Below, piece by piece: positions 1 to 15,427 of a stretch of 64,000 bases of DNA; the first letter of the stretch is position 1; each line of letters opens with the position of its first letter. Source of the stretch: Octopus vulgaris (Eukaryota). Made by a program: the position numbers and the translations under genes. Location: the NCBI GenBank assembly GCA_951406725.2, contig OX597836.1, positions 17,546,001-17,610,000 of the forward strand, in the 5' to 3' direction. The notes under the pieces are model-generated. The model was not told the DNA's origin, did no database searches, and worked only from the letters and a program-made list of their open reading frames with translations.

Positions 1-100
1 GAACAACACGAAGGGTACGCGTGTTCAGCCGCATGCACGTTAATTTCACGAAGAGGCTGCTCCGTTGATCAGATTAACTAGAACCCTCGTTGTCTTAACA
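1..100 (+). mobile_element. Diverged 3' tail of SINE family C
   Basis: aagggtacgcgtg...cacgttaatttcacg...aaccctcgttgtc matches the 3' end of the young copy at 27560-27943. Confidence 0.6.
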
Positions 101-1112
101 AATGCATACTGTTGTTCTAATAACACGCTCCAAAATTCATTAAACCACTTTATTTTGAAAGTAGGGGCTAGCTTGTCCTTGCGATATGAATGGTTTTGCT
201 GTGCGAGAATCAGTACAAAATCACTTCACACGTAATACGATGTACCATACATACACGCACACAGACACGCCCAAACACACAAGCAGATATACATATACAA
301 ACACACACACACGCACACACACACACGCACGCAAATACAGACACAGATATGCACATAACCATGCACACAAAACATATACGCAGACATGCATGCATAAATA
401 CATATATACTGCACATGTATACATAAACACACAAATACGCACAGATATGGATACACAGACAAAACACACGCACAGAAATACAGATACACGAAAACACTCA
501 CACAAATACACAAATATATACAAACACACAGAAACACATATACAGACGTAAAAACATACATAAGCGCACACACACACATACACACACAACAATATACACA
601 CACTTCACAAGAGTTTCGTCCATTTTGCTGTCATCATACGGAACAAGTTGTCTGAAACAGCTGTCAAGATCAACTTAATCATTACCATTTAAGCAACGAA
701 AAGTTGTGTACACAAACACGTTCTCTCAAATTTGCTTTGACAAAATGCTACGAAGAAATCTTTAGTGCTCTTGTTAAAGACTTTTAAAAGCTTCAATCAA
801 TGAGAAGTGATTAAACTGTTTACATTTAGGATTTATTTAACGTTGTTTATTTCGTGTATAAATATATATAACATGTTTACTATAATCACTTAAGAATTGG
901 TGACACGGAAGCCACAGTTGTAATCTGTGACGTTTCATGTTTAAATAATAAGTTATATATATAACTATTTATGTTTGTGTGTATAAATACATACATACAT
1001 GCATACATAATACATATATACATACACAATACATATATATATATTTGTGTGTGTATGTATTTGAATGAAGATGTATATACATACACGCATATGTATACAC
1101 GCAAATATATAC

Positions 1113-1172
<60 letters not shown>

Positions 1173-1297
1173 CGTATGTATTTGAATGTAGATGTATATA
1201 TATATATCTACACATGTGTATACCTTCCTATCTACATAAATGGATAAATATATATAAGTATATATATATAATATTAGGGAGTATATCCAATTTAATT

Positions 1298-1339
<42 letters not shown>

Positions 1340-1506
1340 CACACATAAAATATGTCATTTTAAAACGGTTTGATTCGGCTCTATGAGACTGAAAGTTTCG
1401 CCGGCCTCTAACAGGTGACTGTCGCTTTCAAGTTTTATCTACCGTTTTAAAATAATACATGTAACTCATAATAAATGTGTCGAGTACCTTTTTCTTTCGT
1501 TTACCC

Positions 1507-1932
1507 AGTGCATGCCATCAAAGTGACAATGAGGTAAAATATACAAAGCCCAGTATACCCATCATGACTACCCATCTGATAAGGGTACCCCAGGCACATG
1601 CATCACAAACATATGTGCGCGACATAGTGATCTCATATCAAGATAAACAGCACATGACCGTGCAGGTGGGGCCCAGTTAGAATTTTCTTCTGGTCGAGTA
1701 ACCCACCCCGCTCAAAAGTTCCCTGAATAAGGGTTGTTTAAGGATGTTGAACGACACACCCATGTTTCCAGAGGCAAATTATTCAAACCCCATAGAATCC
1801 CTCTCAATACATGGCTATGATGCTCCCCCACTACTTCTGCTCGTGATCAGAGATGCACATATCGTCAGCCACTAAGGGACATGATCAACTGGTTAAGGTC
1901 AAACAACTGACAAGCAAATCTGTGGTATTGAG

Positions 1933-1934
<2 letters not shown>
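1507..1934 (-). mobile_element. Non-coding interspersed repeat family D abutting a (TAA)n array
   Basis: Homologous to 15345-15427, 16120-16670 and 19128-19315; no ORF; strand inferred from the copies that end in ...ctctcactc(AAT)n on the minus strand. Confidence 0.7.
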
Positions 1935-2008
<74 letters not shown>

Positions 2009-2019
2009 GTCAATATCTA

Positions 2020-2225
2020 GTCGGCGATTTGGCAGAAACTTTGGCACATCAGTCAACTCTTTAACGGCATTTCTTCTGGCTCTACGTTCAAATGCACTCC
2101 GAGGTCGACTTTTCATTTCATCCTTTCCAGATCGGTGAAATCGAACTTTGGATTCGATGTTATCGACTATCCCTCCTCACCCATCGAACAGTTCAGGCGT
2201 TGTGACTATAGGGAATGATTATTTG
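2020..2225 (+). mobile_element. Diverged tRNA-derived SINE family B
   Basis: ggcgatttggcagaaac...ccgaggtcgacttttcatttcatcctttc matches 33990-34224. Confidence 0.65.
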
Positions 2226-3733
2226 ACAGCCAACAAGTCATGCTTGATAGAAAAGACATTTGATAAAAGCTCTAGCAAGCAGAGCGTAACACCAAGTTTT
2301 TGGACATATAACATATCCCGGACAAAATCAAAAATACCCACCATTATACCTTGATCAAAACTCTAGTGTATGTTTGCAGATGGATTTGTCTGGTTATTTC
2401 TAGCAGCACCAATAACCACACAAGGAGTCCCTTGTTCTTTTACCGCCTTTGTCTTTCTTACATTTTCTTCTTCTTGTCGGTCATCGATGGCGTTAATATG
2501 TAATGATCTGCATCGATCTTCAAAATAGAAAAATGACTGTTCTAAATAAGATTTGGCCTTTGTACTCGTTCAACGATCGAGAGATCTAACAACTTTACTG
2601 GATCGTATGGGCAATTTAAGCACTATTTTTATATCCAAACATTGTGTGTCTGGGTAGTCCAGGTTTAGCTTTCGTCTTGTCCAATTTATTTTTCCATTAC
2701 AAGTTGCTATAGAACATTCACTGCCAATATATATTCGGTTCACTTGTGTGCGCATGCGTGTTTACTTTTATGACTAGCTTTGTGTATGTATTATTCACTT
2801 GTATGTGTGCACTTATTTGTGTGTATTTATATGTATGAGTGTATAAGTCTATATATATATATATATGTGTATGTGGCTTGCTTTGTGTTATATACACAGA
2901 CGTGCGTGCATCTCATTGTTTGTGTGTGTTTGTGTCTGTATATAAATCTCTGTGTATGCGAATGTGTACGTTGTTATCTGTATGTATGCACGCTTTTTCG
3001 TGTATGTGTTTGTGATAGATTTGTGTATGTTATCTTCTTCCGTGTGCGTGTGTTTTGTTTGTTTATTTGTTTGTTTCTGTATGTGTGTGCGTGTATCGTG
3101 TGTGTGTGTGTATGAGTGAGTGTCTATATGTGTATGCAAACAAGATTGTGTTTAGAAGATTGCCAGAGAGCAAGTGTACTCGTATGTGTGTATGTGTGTG
3201 TGTGTGTGTGTGTGTAAAAGAGAGAGAGAGAGAGAGAGAGAAAAAGTGAACGTGTGTGACTGTGTATGTGCGAGTGTGTGTGAGTGTATATGCGAGTGTG
3301 TGTGAGTGTATGTGTGTGTATTTTCCCGCCGTTCTCTATATATATGTCGTTATTTCGCTTGTATAACCACGCCTTTTTATATGCGTGTATGAACGAGCGA
3401 CTATATGTGTGTGTCTGTGTGAGTATGCGTGTGTGTAAGTGCTTGTGCGTATATGTGGCATTTTGTGCGTACGATATCGCGCATGCGTCCAGTCGTTGGG
3501 GACTCAGTGAGAAATTCTGTGAGAGCGCGCACGCATGTCAGTGCTTGTGTGTGTGTATGCGTGTATACGTGTGTGCATGATAAATATATCCATGAGTGTC
3601 TATATATTATATATACATATCTATCTATATAAATAAATATATACATATGTATATATAAATATAAATATAAATATATAAATATATAAATATATATATATAT
3701 ATGTATGTATATATTTATGTATGTATATATATG

Positions 3734-3765
<32 letters not shown>

Positions 3766-3767
3766 TA

Positions 3768-3858
<91 letters not shown>

Positions 3859-4221
3859 GCAGACGAAGGAAATACATAAACACGAAAACATATTGATTGG
3901 GTGTATGTGTGCATATGTGTATGTATGTATACATATATATGTATGTATATATATGTATACGCATATATATGTATATATACATATATATATATGTATACGC
4001 ATATATATGTATATATACATATATATATACATATATATATACATGCATGCATATATATATATATATAAATACTCACACATATGTATGTGTGCATATGTGT
4101 ATACATATACATATATGTCTATGTATATGAGAAGGTAGGTAGGTAGGTAGTTTGAAAGGCCGGCAGGAAGGAATGTAGGTATTTATGTATGTGTGTGTGT
4201 ATGAGAGTGAGACAGACAGAC

Positions 4222-4254
<33 letters not shown>

Positions 4255-4429
4255 AAGTATATGAGTATAGGTGTGGGTATATATTTGTATAGATCGGGGA
4301 TGGAGTGTATATAAAATCTAAATGCTTGCAGCAAAATTTGTGTGGAACTCTCCAATGTTTTCATACGGATGTAGCATAAATATGGTTGAACTCCGACAGT
4401 CTATCTATCTATCTATCTCTCTCTCTCTA

Positions 4430-4478
<49 letters not shown>

Positions 4479-4571
4479 CAAACTTTACGTATACCTCTCA
4501 TGACATGCACCTTCGGTTCCATATGAATACGTACATATATAAATATGTATAAATTCATATGTATATATGAA

Positions 4572-4662
<91 letters not shown>

Positions 4663-4839
4663 GTATATACATATATACATACAAATGCATATCGATGTGC
4701 AGAATGATATCTATATATGTAGACAAACACACATGTATAGTGTATGCATACGCTATACATACTCACAAGCATATATATATAGTTATGTATGTATATATGT
4801 AGGTATATATATATATATGTATATATGTGTGTAAATGTA

Positions 4840-4873
<34 letters not shown>

Positions 4874-5246
4874 CCTATATATATATATATATGTATATAT
4901 GTGTGTGTAAATGTAAATATATATATATATATATATATTTATAAGCGTTATGTATACATAATACAAATTGAATTCCTATGTACACATTGCACAGACAGAC
5001 ACATGCTCACACACACACAGACACATACAAATAGACGAATATTTATATACCATTCTCTTGATAATCTGTTGAAGCTTTTTCGTGGCGATGCCCCAGCATG
5101 GCCACGGGGCTTAAACACATAAGAAAAAATACATATACCTATCGGTGTCTATGTCTTTGTGTATATATACTTACGTACATACACACACAGACACACAGAC
5201 ACATATACATATATATATATATGTACATGTTTATATGTACGCACTC

Positions 5247-5283
<37 letters not shown>

Positions 5284-5537
5284 TACACGTGTGTGCGCGA
5301 GTTTGTGTTTGTGTATGTGTGTGTGTGTTTGTGTGTGTGTGTATGTTTGTGTTCGTGCGTGTGTTCGTGTGTATGAATGTGTGCTTTACTCCGTAAAACG
5401 CATACTCACAGATACACACATGCACGCACACACACACACACACACATATATATATGCACGTACAAATATGTACCAATGTTATGACAGCCATCCAGATTTC
5501 TGTACAAATAAACACTAACACACACACACACATATCT

Positions 5538-5581
<44 letters not shown>

Positions 5582-5981
5582 GCACAGACACACACATTCA
5601 TCTGTGGGTGCAAACATGCATAAACCCAAGGACATCTATATTTACGCCAGCCTCTCTCTTCCTTTGTTTCTCTGTCTGCCTCGTTTTGTGTGTGCGTGCG
5701 TGCGTATGTGTGTGTATGTGTGTGAGTGTTCGTGTAGAGAAAGAGAGGAAGAGAGAACTGTGATTTATTTACACGCACACAGTACTTATGTACCTATGAC
5801 TATGTCTATATACTGGCTCACAAACACATAGACACTGAGATATCCGCACACTCATATGTATGCATATACATGCACACACACACAAACACACACACACACA
5901 CACACACGGATAAAAGTTACATAGAAGTGTAAATATATTTGTATTTCTATACACACACGCGCGGGCATATATATGTACATA

Positions 5982-6212
<231 letters not shown>

Positions 6213-6356
6213 TATATATTGTGTGTGTGTGTGTGTGTATGTACATATACACATATGGTATATTCATATATATATATATATATATATGTATCTATATCTA
6301 TCTATCTATCTGTCTATTTATATACATTCATATATGCATACATATACATATATATA

Positions 6357-6441
<85 letters not shown>

Positions 6442-6465
6442 AAGCACACATTCATACACACGAAC

Positions 6466-6514
<49 letters not shown>

Positions 6515-7269
6515 TATACATATCTATATGTATGTATGTATAACTCTACCCTGAGAGAATTGCACTGCCAGGAAATAAGTGTGATGTTTATTTCCAGGAC
6601 ACGCAATTATTGAAGGACAATGAATGGGCCTCTGAAACAAGTTTTTCCACTCCCCAGTGTCCCATTACTCTGTGATGGTTTTATAGATATATTGTAGTTT
6701 GTAACGCAAACATATTGAACATTTATTATGTACGACTGATTTCTGTGCATATGTGTGTAAACGTGTATGGTATGTGTAGGTGTGTTTGTCTATGCATGAG
6801 TGGGCGTGTGTATATTTTCATTCATAAAATACGTTTATGTGTGTGTGAAATTCCTCGATGTTGTAATTGTATATAGTTCCATGTGTATATAGCTGTGTTC
6901 GAGTTTGTATGTGTGTATGTGTGCTTTTGTTCGTACGTGTGTTCGTGTGTATGAATGCGTGCTTTATTGTGTAAAACGCATACTCACAGATACACATACG
7001 CATACACACACACATATGCTCTAGTTGTATCTATTCCTTTCTATGTGAGTACGTGTGTAGCAGCGAATAGTGTTATATCTGTGGGTGTGTACATGTATGT
7101 GTATGTGTTTTAGTTGGAACGTGCATAAAATTTGAATAATCATTTGTTAACGGATAATATATGAATATGTATGTGCTCCCTGCACGCACGCATGCGCGTG
7201 TGTGTGTGTGTGAGAGAAAGATAGAGTGAGAGAGAGTTGTATGTGAGAAAGTGTATGTGTATTTGTGTG

Positions 7270-7342
<73 letters not shown>

Positions 7343-7520
7343 TATTTGCTTAAAAAATGTCTGAAACCATTGGTCCAGGAGTTAGATGGTAAATGTTTCT
7401 ATTTTTCATTCGCTTCGAAATCTTATCCCTAATAGTGATTTGGAATTTAACTGTTCTATCTAGCATGTAAGGAGTCCTATGGCGGATGCCTCTTATGTGT
7501 TTAAATGTACACTGTATTTA

Positions 7521-7569
<49 letters not shown>

Positions 7570-7594
7570 ATGTATGTATGTATGTATGTGTTTG

Positions 7595-7800
7595 TATTTG
7601 AACCCCTATCCCACCGCTTGACAACCGCTGATGGTATGTTTACGTTCCCGGAAGTTAGCGATTCGGCGAAAGATGCGCTCCCATGAGTATCAGGTTTTTT
7701 TAAAAATACGTCCAGGGATCGATTCTTTCAACTAAAAATTCTTCGAGGCAGTGCTCCAGCATGGCCACAGTCTAATGACAGAAACAAGGAAAAGACAACA
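7595..7800 (+). mobile_element. SINE family A, 3' half
   Basis: cgcttgacaacc...gtgctccagcatggccacagtc...gaaacaag matches the full copies at 32175 and 59525. Confidence 0.75.
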
Positions 7801-8225
7801 GATATGCACAAACACAATCACACTTAAAGACACGCGCACACACACACATTTACATTATATAAATAATACACGCACCCTATCACACACACACACGTATACA
7901 CACACACACATACGTTCACACACAGATGCTTACGCAAAGAATATACGCACACATACATTAGAATGAGCGAAAACAATACAAGTGCGTTTAACCTGTCTGC
8001 TTTCCAAATTGAAAATGTCATCTCACTGTCAATACAGATTTCAATGGTGAACAGCAAATGCTGTTTCTTAATAATCGCCTCCATGTTTGTGTCTATGAGC
8101 ATGACCTTATGTGAATCCGTCGATCTCGTCTGACTGGACGAAATAGAGGGAAGCAGATAGTTACTGATTTCAATCAGTAACCATGTACGTATCATAATAT
8201 ATATATATATATATTTATATATACA

Positions 8226-8624
8226 CTAGCAGTATCGCCCGGCGTTGCTCGGGTTTGTAAGGGAAATAACTATACAAGCATTTTTAGAGAGTTATAGCCA
8301 AAAAATAGCAAAAAAATGCATTAGAAATGGAAAAAAAATGATGGTAAATTTTTTTTTAAATCATTGACTCATCGTAGACATTTTTAGAGAGTTACTTCCC
8401 TTATATAATAGCGAAAAAATGCATTAAAATGGAAAAAAATGATGGTAAATTTATTTTAAAAATCGTAGACTCATCGTAGACGCGCGCTAATACCCAGAAG
8501 GGCTCGATATGAATCACGACTATAAGATACCCGGTTTTGGTTAAACTGCACCGCAAAATGTGGGAGTAGTTAGGAATTTAAATCGTAGGAGACAGACACG
8601 CAACTTGACTTTTATATATAAAGA
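8226..8624 (-). mobile_element. Non-autonomous Helitron, subfamily 1
   Basis: Minus strand starts TC, ends with hairpin CCCGAGCAACGCCGGG then CTAG, inserted between A and T with no TSD; near-identical copy at 18340. Confidence 0.85.
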
Positions 8625-8880
8625 TATACACTGTCGATAGACCAGTATTTCTTCTGAGATAACATCTTTAATTTACGTGCTGTGTTTAATTTACACGATA
8701 GATATCAATGATACAAAGGGAAAATTGGTCCCAGTAGCGGTCAACGAATGAGCCAGATTTGGTTCAGCCAGTCTGGGATTTTCCATTGGCGCGAACTCGC
8801 ATCTAGTCATATGTTCGGACAAGAACTAGTCTTTAATATTGGGAAAGGTGAATAAAACATTCACTATTGTTCAAATATCG

Positions 8881-8907
8881 CTATCTATCTGTCTGCCTGT
8901 CTATCTA

Positions 8908-8994
<87 letters not shown>

Positions 8995-8995
8995 A

Positions 8996-9084
<89 letters not shown>

Positions 9085-9175
9085 GCCTGCCTGTCTGTCT
9101 GTCTATCTGCCTGTCTGTCTCTCAGTCTGTCTGTCCGTTCGTCCGTCCGTCCGTCGATCGATCGATCTATCTATT
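8881..9175. repeat. (TCTA)n/(TCTG)n compound microsatellite
   Basis: Direct reading; similar tracts near 10110, 46110, 55050-55730 and 60140. Confidence 0.95.
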
Positions 9176-9274
9176 TATATATCTACACACACAACGCATA
9201 CTCATACGCGTATGTATGATTGTATATATGTGGAAGCGCGTACCTTAGTGGTTTTCGTGTCGCACGCATGATCG

Positions 9275-9580
9275 GGGGAATTTGAACTCAGAACGTAAAG
9301 ACAGACGAAATACCGCCAAGTATTTCGCCCGGTGTGCTAACGATTCTGCCAACTCGCTGCCTTAGCACACCTTAATGATAATAATCCTTTCCATTACAGT
9401 CACAACACATAAAACTTCGCGGAGGGGGGTAAGTCGATCACACCAACCCCAGTAATTGAATCGTACTTATTTTATTGACCCCAAATGATGAGAAGCAAAG
9501 TCAATTTGAACTCAGAACGTATTGACTGTCGAAATGCTGCCCCAGGCATTTTGCCTGGCGTGTTAACGATTCTGCCAATG
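9275..9580 (-). mobile_element. Two tandem SINE family B fragments
   Basis: aatttgaactcagaacgta...aacgattctgccaa occurs twice. Confidence 0.75.
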
Positions 9581-9883
9581 CACGGTTTGTTGGATTTTAC
9601 GTGCCATGTATAGGCCATATACGATGATTATGTATTTATACTCACATATACACTCCGTTGTATGAAAGTAAATATAGTTCGGCGGTGATTATAAATCGTT
9701 TAATCCTGGCAATAAGCGATTTATCTGTCCATCTATCTATCTATCAACCTGTCTCCAGTGATGACTCAAAGAATCACACGCCTCTACAGAATGAAATTGC
9801 AAATGTGAAATGCACACTCACACACACACACAAACGCATACACATATTATATGTGTATACGTATAAGTGAACACACACACACA

Positions 9884-9957
<74 letters not shown>

Positions 9958-10109
9958 GATATATTCATATACATACGTATATATATATATATATATACAC
10001 ACGCCCACACATGCATATATAATATATATGTACATATTCATATATATACATATGTAAATGTATATATATATATACATATATATATGAATATATATGTATC
10101 TGTATATGT

Positions 10110-10178
<69 letters not shown>

Positions 10179-10388
10179 GATCTATCTATGTATCTATCTA
10201 TGTATCTATCTATCTATCAATCTATCTATCTATCTATCTATCTATCTATTTATCTTTCTATCTATCTCTATCCATCTCTCTATCTAGCTAGCTAAAGTCT
10301 AAAAGATGGTAAGTGGTCTGCCATGAAAATGCTTCATGTAAGCTTATACGTATACCTACCTACCACCTTACCTACCAAGAAACATGCA

Positions 10389-10475
<87 letters not shown>

Positions 10476-10504
10476 CAATACGCATGCACTTATGAACATC
10501 AATG

Positions 10505-10553
<49 letters not shown>

Positions 10554-11114
10554 ACGTACATACGTACTTCCATGAATATATATAAACATGCATATATGTA
10601 CATTTCTATATATACGTACGTATATGTATGCATAAAATATATATGTGTCTACTGTGTGTACCTGTGCCGGTATTTTGTTTGTACATCTACTTGTATACTA
10701 TGATGGATGCGTATTATGCGAAGCGGATATTTCTAAACTTCATGGATATAAATATGTTGCAGATATATACGAGTTTGAAATCCATATGAATGGATCATAA
10801 AAATGACACACAGACAAACACACACACATGCACTCACACACACACACTGTCGCACACTCACACAAACGGACGTGCATATGGACGCACATACACACACATA
10901 CATCTCATAATCGTTTCATGTGCGCTCTTAACTCTGACAACAACCGCATATTTATATCCAGTTAAATTTGTAGATACCCGCTTTGCATAATGTACATAGC
11001 ATTATGCTATGAATCTAGGTATACGGAAGATTAAACACCCGCATACATACACACTACACTCATCTCCTCTTATCACTCTTTCTCTCTCTCCCTCTCTGTT
11101 TCACTCTGTGTGTG

Positions 11115-11238
<124 letters not shown>

Positions 11239-11405
11239 CCTGTTTAAATATATATATACCTGTTTAAATACATTGGTTTTATATATTTATAATATATAAA
11301 TGCATACATGTATATGAGTACATATATAAATAATGTGTGCGTCCATGTGTCTCAGCGTATGTGTGTGTGTGTGTGTGTGTTTGTGAGAGTGTGTGTGTGT
11401 GTGTT

Positions 11406-11475
<70 letters not shown>

Positions 11476-11575
11476 TCATGTAGAAATATGGGTTTCAAAT
11501 CTAGTCTTAATAATATTCCGAAGCCTGAAATTTCATTCTTTCATTATTCAAAATGGCGCTTATCTAGCGACTTAC

Positions 11576-11630
11576 ACAGTCCTGAAGACGACATTTTGCA
11601 AGAGACTTTCAGCTGCACTGAAGATTATAG
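11576..11630 (-). other. Candidate 55-nt spliced exon of an unidentified host gene
   Basis: Minus strand: long T-rich tract ...ttttttaaag|CTATAATC...GGACTGT|gtaagt; one fully open frame (IIFSAAESLLQNVVFRT) or an ATG-initiated MSSSGL. Confidence 0.3.
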
Positions 11631-11737
11631 CTTTAAAAAACAAAACAGAAAAAAAAACAGAAAAAACCCCCCAAATACAACAACGATAACAAAGACCCAG
11701 CAACAACAACAGTACCATAACAATAATAATAATGAAC

Positions 11738-11783
<46 letters not shown>

Positions 11784-12035
11784 TAGAAACAAATAGATAT
11801 GTATTTATTATATCTTATTCATTGTTCTCTCATATATTGTGTGTGATTTTTCAAACGCACTTTTTATGATTCTGTATGTAAGTTAAGATCGTAACTCTCC
11901 AAGACGTAAGACAGTAACAATTTGACATTTCTGGATGCAGATAATCAATAAGAAGTGATTTTGTTATGGTCTTGCTCCCTGACGTTAAGACAGACTACAC
12001 TTCATAACGAAAAACATATGCATATATATGCATAC

Positions 12036-12085
<50 letters not shown>

Positions 12086-12304
12086 GTATGCATATTATGT
12101 ATATATATATGTATATATATATACATACAAATATATATATATAAATGTTTATATATATATATATATCTCTCTCTCTCCTATATATATATACATATATATA
12201 CAAATATATATATATATATATATATAATATACATATATATATATACAATATAAATATATACATATAGTAAATACATACATATATAAATATATAAATATAT
12301 ATGT

Positions 12305-12335
<31 letters not shown>

Positions 12336-12356
12336 CAAATCTATATATATATATGC

Positions 12357-12398
<42 letters not shown>

Positions 12399-12403
12399 CA
12401 TAT

Positions 12404-12485
<82 letters not shown>

Positions 12486-12886
12486 CTGTACTTGTATGCA
12501 TGTAAGTATGCGTGTGTTTATACACACATGTATATATATGCGTATGTACAACAACAATAAGAATATATATGTATGAATGTATGTAGAAATGTACGTTTGT
12601 ATGAATGTTGCAATTGGGATAGAACTGCGATGGAAGGTAAGACGCAATAAACAGAATATGTTCCTACTACATGCTATCTCGATATTTTCCTGATTTCTTT
12701 GAAGTCTCTGGGAGATCTTCTCTCATTCTATTTTAAGAACATGTTGGAATGCATACACGTATTGGAAAATGTTATACATACAAACACATACATACATACA
12801 TACATACATACATGCATGCATACATATATGCTTATATACATACATATAAGCATACATACATATATGCATGCAAACATACATACACA

Positions 12887-12934
<48 letters not shown>

Positions 12935-12939
<5 letters not shown>

Positions 12940-13135
12940 CGTTAGCCACTACACATATTTTTTTCTCTCCTTGTTCCTCTCCTTGTTTTTTCTGTGTCTC
13001 TTTCTGTAGAAGAGCGTAGGCTCGAAACGTAAAAGACTTTTTCTATTCCTGAGCGTTATACTAATACATCTGTTTGTTTTGTACACCACCTGTCTTTGTC
13101 TTTTGTTTTTTGTTTTTTTTCGTGAACTCTCCCTA
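12935..13135 (+). mobile_element. Penelope-type terminal-repeat remnant carrying an HHR
   Basis: Same family at 41225-41430 and 56965-57085, partial at 18745-18800 and 38782-38855; all abut (TA)n. Confidence 0.7.
12999..13036 (+). ncRNA. Minimal type I hammerhead motif, U6 variant
   Basis: TCTTT-CTGTAGA-A-GAGC(GTAG)GCTC-GAAA-CG-TA-AAAGA. Confidence 0.6.
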
Positions 13136-13169
13136 TATATATATATATATATATATATATGCATATATA

Positions 13170-13262
13170 CCTGAGTAAGCACTACTAGAGGTAGAGTAAT
13201 ATGCTTTATTAAAAAGCATCAAAAATATCACAAAACCTGTTACTCAGAGTTTCAGTTTCCCA
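13170..13262 (-). mobile_element. Penelope-type remnant with only the 3' half of an HHR
   Basis: Matches 54020-54175; minus strand GAAACTCTGAGTAACAG. Confidence 0.6.
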
Positions 13263-13369
13263 AATTAAATGTGTCTATTTACTTCCTGCATGTCTATATG
13301 TGTGTGTACATATATATATATATATACATATGTATAACTATATATATATGCATATATATATTCACACAC

Positions 13370-13484
<115 letters not shown>

Positions 13485-13567
13485 TACATATGCATAATTA
13501 TATATATAAGCATATATATATTCACACATATATACATACATATATATAAGCATATATATATTCACAC

Positions 13568-13671
<104 letters not shown>

Positions 13672-13724
13672 GAAGAAGGAGAGAGAAGGAGAGAGAAGGA
13701 GAGAGAGAAAGTTAGAGAAAGATT

Positions 13725-13968
13725 GAGATCCCGTCCGAAGCGCAAGCCCGAGAAATGTTGTTTATGGAAGACCAGCAATCTCCTCTCTCCACACCACAAA
13801 TGTTGTCCAATACAGCTTGGCACCCGTAAATGTTGAAACTCGTTTCTATAGCAACGTGAATTAAAGAGCAACTTGAATTAAAGAACAAAAAAAAACAGCC
13901 CGCTCCGGGAATCGAACTCACCGTCTCATGACAGTGAGCCCGACGCTCTAACCACTGAGCCATGTGCC
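13725..13968 (-). mobile_element. tRNA-derived SINE (family E)
   Basis: Minus-strand head GGCACATGGCTCAGTGGTTAGAGCG (A box) ... GAGTTCGATTCCC (B box). Confidence 0.7.
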
Positions 13969-14269
13969 TGGGTGCGGGCGTGTGTGTGTATGTGCGTGTG
14001 TGAGTGTGTGTGAGTGCGTGTGTCTATTCTATCACCTGATTTAAACTGTCAACAAATTCGTAGCAATGTCGAGTGTCTTAACAACGTGAATTAGAAAGAG
14101 ATATATTTTAATAATTAGTTTTAGGTTGTCCGAAAAGATAATTTTATTTTACGTTGAACGCAGGATTTCAGGAAAAGAGAGGACAAATTAACTGCTTGCT
14201 TCATTTCGGATGTCTTAGAGATTCAATACGGTTTTTTCAACAATATATCAAATATGTCCTCCTTGCAGT

Positions 14270-14367
14270 CTCCTCCTCCTCCTCCGCCTCCTCCTCCTCC
14301 CCCTCCTTCTTCTTGTTCTTGTTCTATTTCTTGTTCTTGTTCTTGTTCTTCTTCTTCGTCTTCTTCT

Positions 14368-14400
<33 letters not shown>

Positions 14401-14442
14401 CCTCCCCCTGCTCCTCCTCCTCCTCCTCCTCCTCCTTCTTCT

Positions 14443-14475
<33 letters not shown>

Positions 14476-14513
14476 CCTCCCCCTGCTCCTCCTCCTCCTC
14501 CTCTTCTTCTTCT

Positions 14514-14546
<33 letters not shown>

Positions 14547-14573
14547 CCTCCCCCTCCTCCTCCTCCTTCTTCT

Positions 14574-14608
<35 letters not shown>

Positions 14609-14745
14609 TTCCTCTTCTTCTCCTCCCCCTCCTCCTCCTCCTTGTTCTTCTCGTTCTTCTTGTTCTTCTTGTTCTTCTTGTTCTTCTTGTTCTTCTCCTC
14701 CTCCTCCTCCTCCTTCTTCTTCTTCTTCTTCTTCTTCTTCTTCTC
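14270..14745. repeat. (CTT/CCT)n polypyrimidine microsatellite
   Basis: Direct reading; similar tracts at 17050-17185, 48204-48950 and 52240-52480. Confidence 0.95.
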
Positions 14746-14789
14746 ATTATCATTATATTAATTATAATTATCATTACCATTGTTAGCAC

Positions 14790-15030
14790 TGCACCTATAT
14801 CGCTCCCTTCCTTTTTTTCTCTTTTGTTAACCTTTGTTATACTATGTCCGTATCCCTTTCCTTTCCACTGTATACCCTGCATACTCACCCGTTTATTTTA
14901 TTTATATTATATTTGGAAAATCATTTTTTTAATATTATTTTATCAGTTCATTATGTGTAAACCCCCACACTTTATATCTGTTTTTTTATTGGTCCCCTCA
15001 TCCTTCGCCCTAGTGGCAAATATATGAAAT
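14790..15030 (+). mobile_element. LINE 3' UTR remnant ending in (TCA)n
   Basis: Homologous to 15655-15813 (tgtaacccccc..cactttat...ccttcgccct..gcaaataaatgaaa). Confidence 0.6.
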
Positions 15031-15058
15031 CCTCACCATCATCATTATCATCATCAAC

Positions 15059-15128
<70 letters not shown>

Positions 15129-15186
15129 CCATCATCACCATCACCATCATCACCATCATCATCATCATCATCACCATCATCACCAC

Positions 15187-15293
<107 letters not shown>

Positions 15294-15344
15294 CCATCAT
15301 CATCATCACCATCGTCGTCGTCGTCGTCGTTGTTGTTGTTATTA

Positions 15345-15427
15345 TTGAGTGAGAGGGTAGTGCATGCCATCAAAGCGACACTGGGGTAAAATATACGAAG
15401 CCCAGTATACCCATCGTGACTACCCGA
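15345..15427 (-). mobile_element. Short terminal fragment of repeat family D
   Basis: gtgcatgccatcaaagcgacactggggtaaaatatacgaagcccagtatacccatc matches 1507 onward. Confidence 0.75.

Noticed and set aside
7963-8133. Short ORF with a signal-peptide-like stretch (MVNSKCCFLIIASMFVSMSMTLC)
   Set aside because: Stops immediately afterwards, no good splice donor, no recognisable homology
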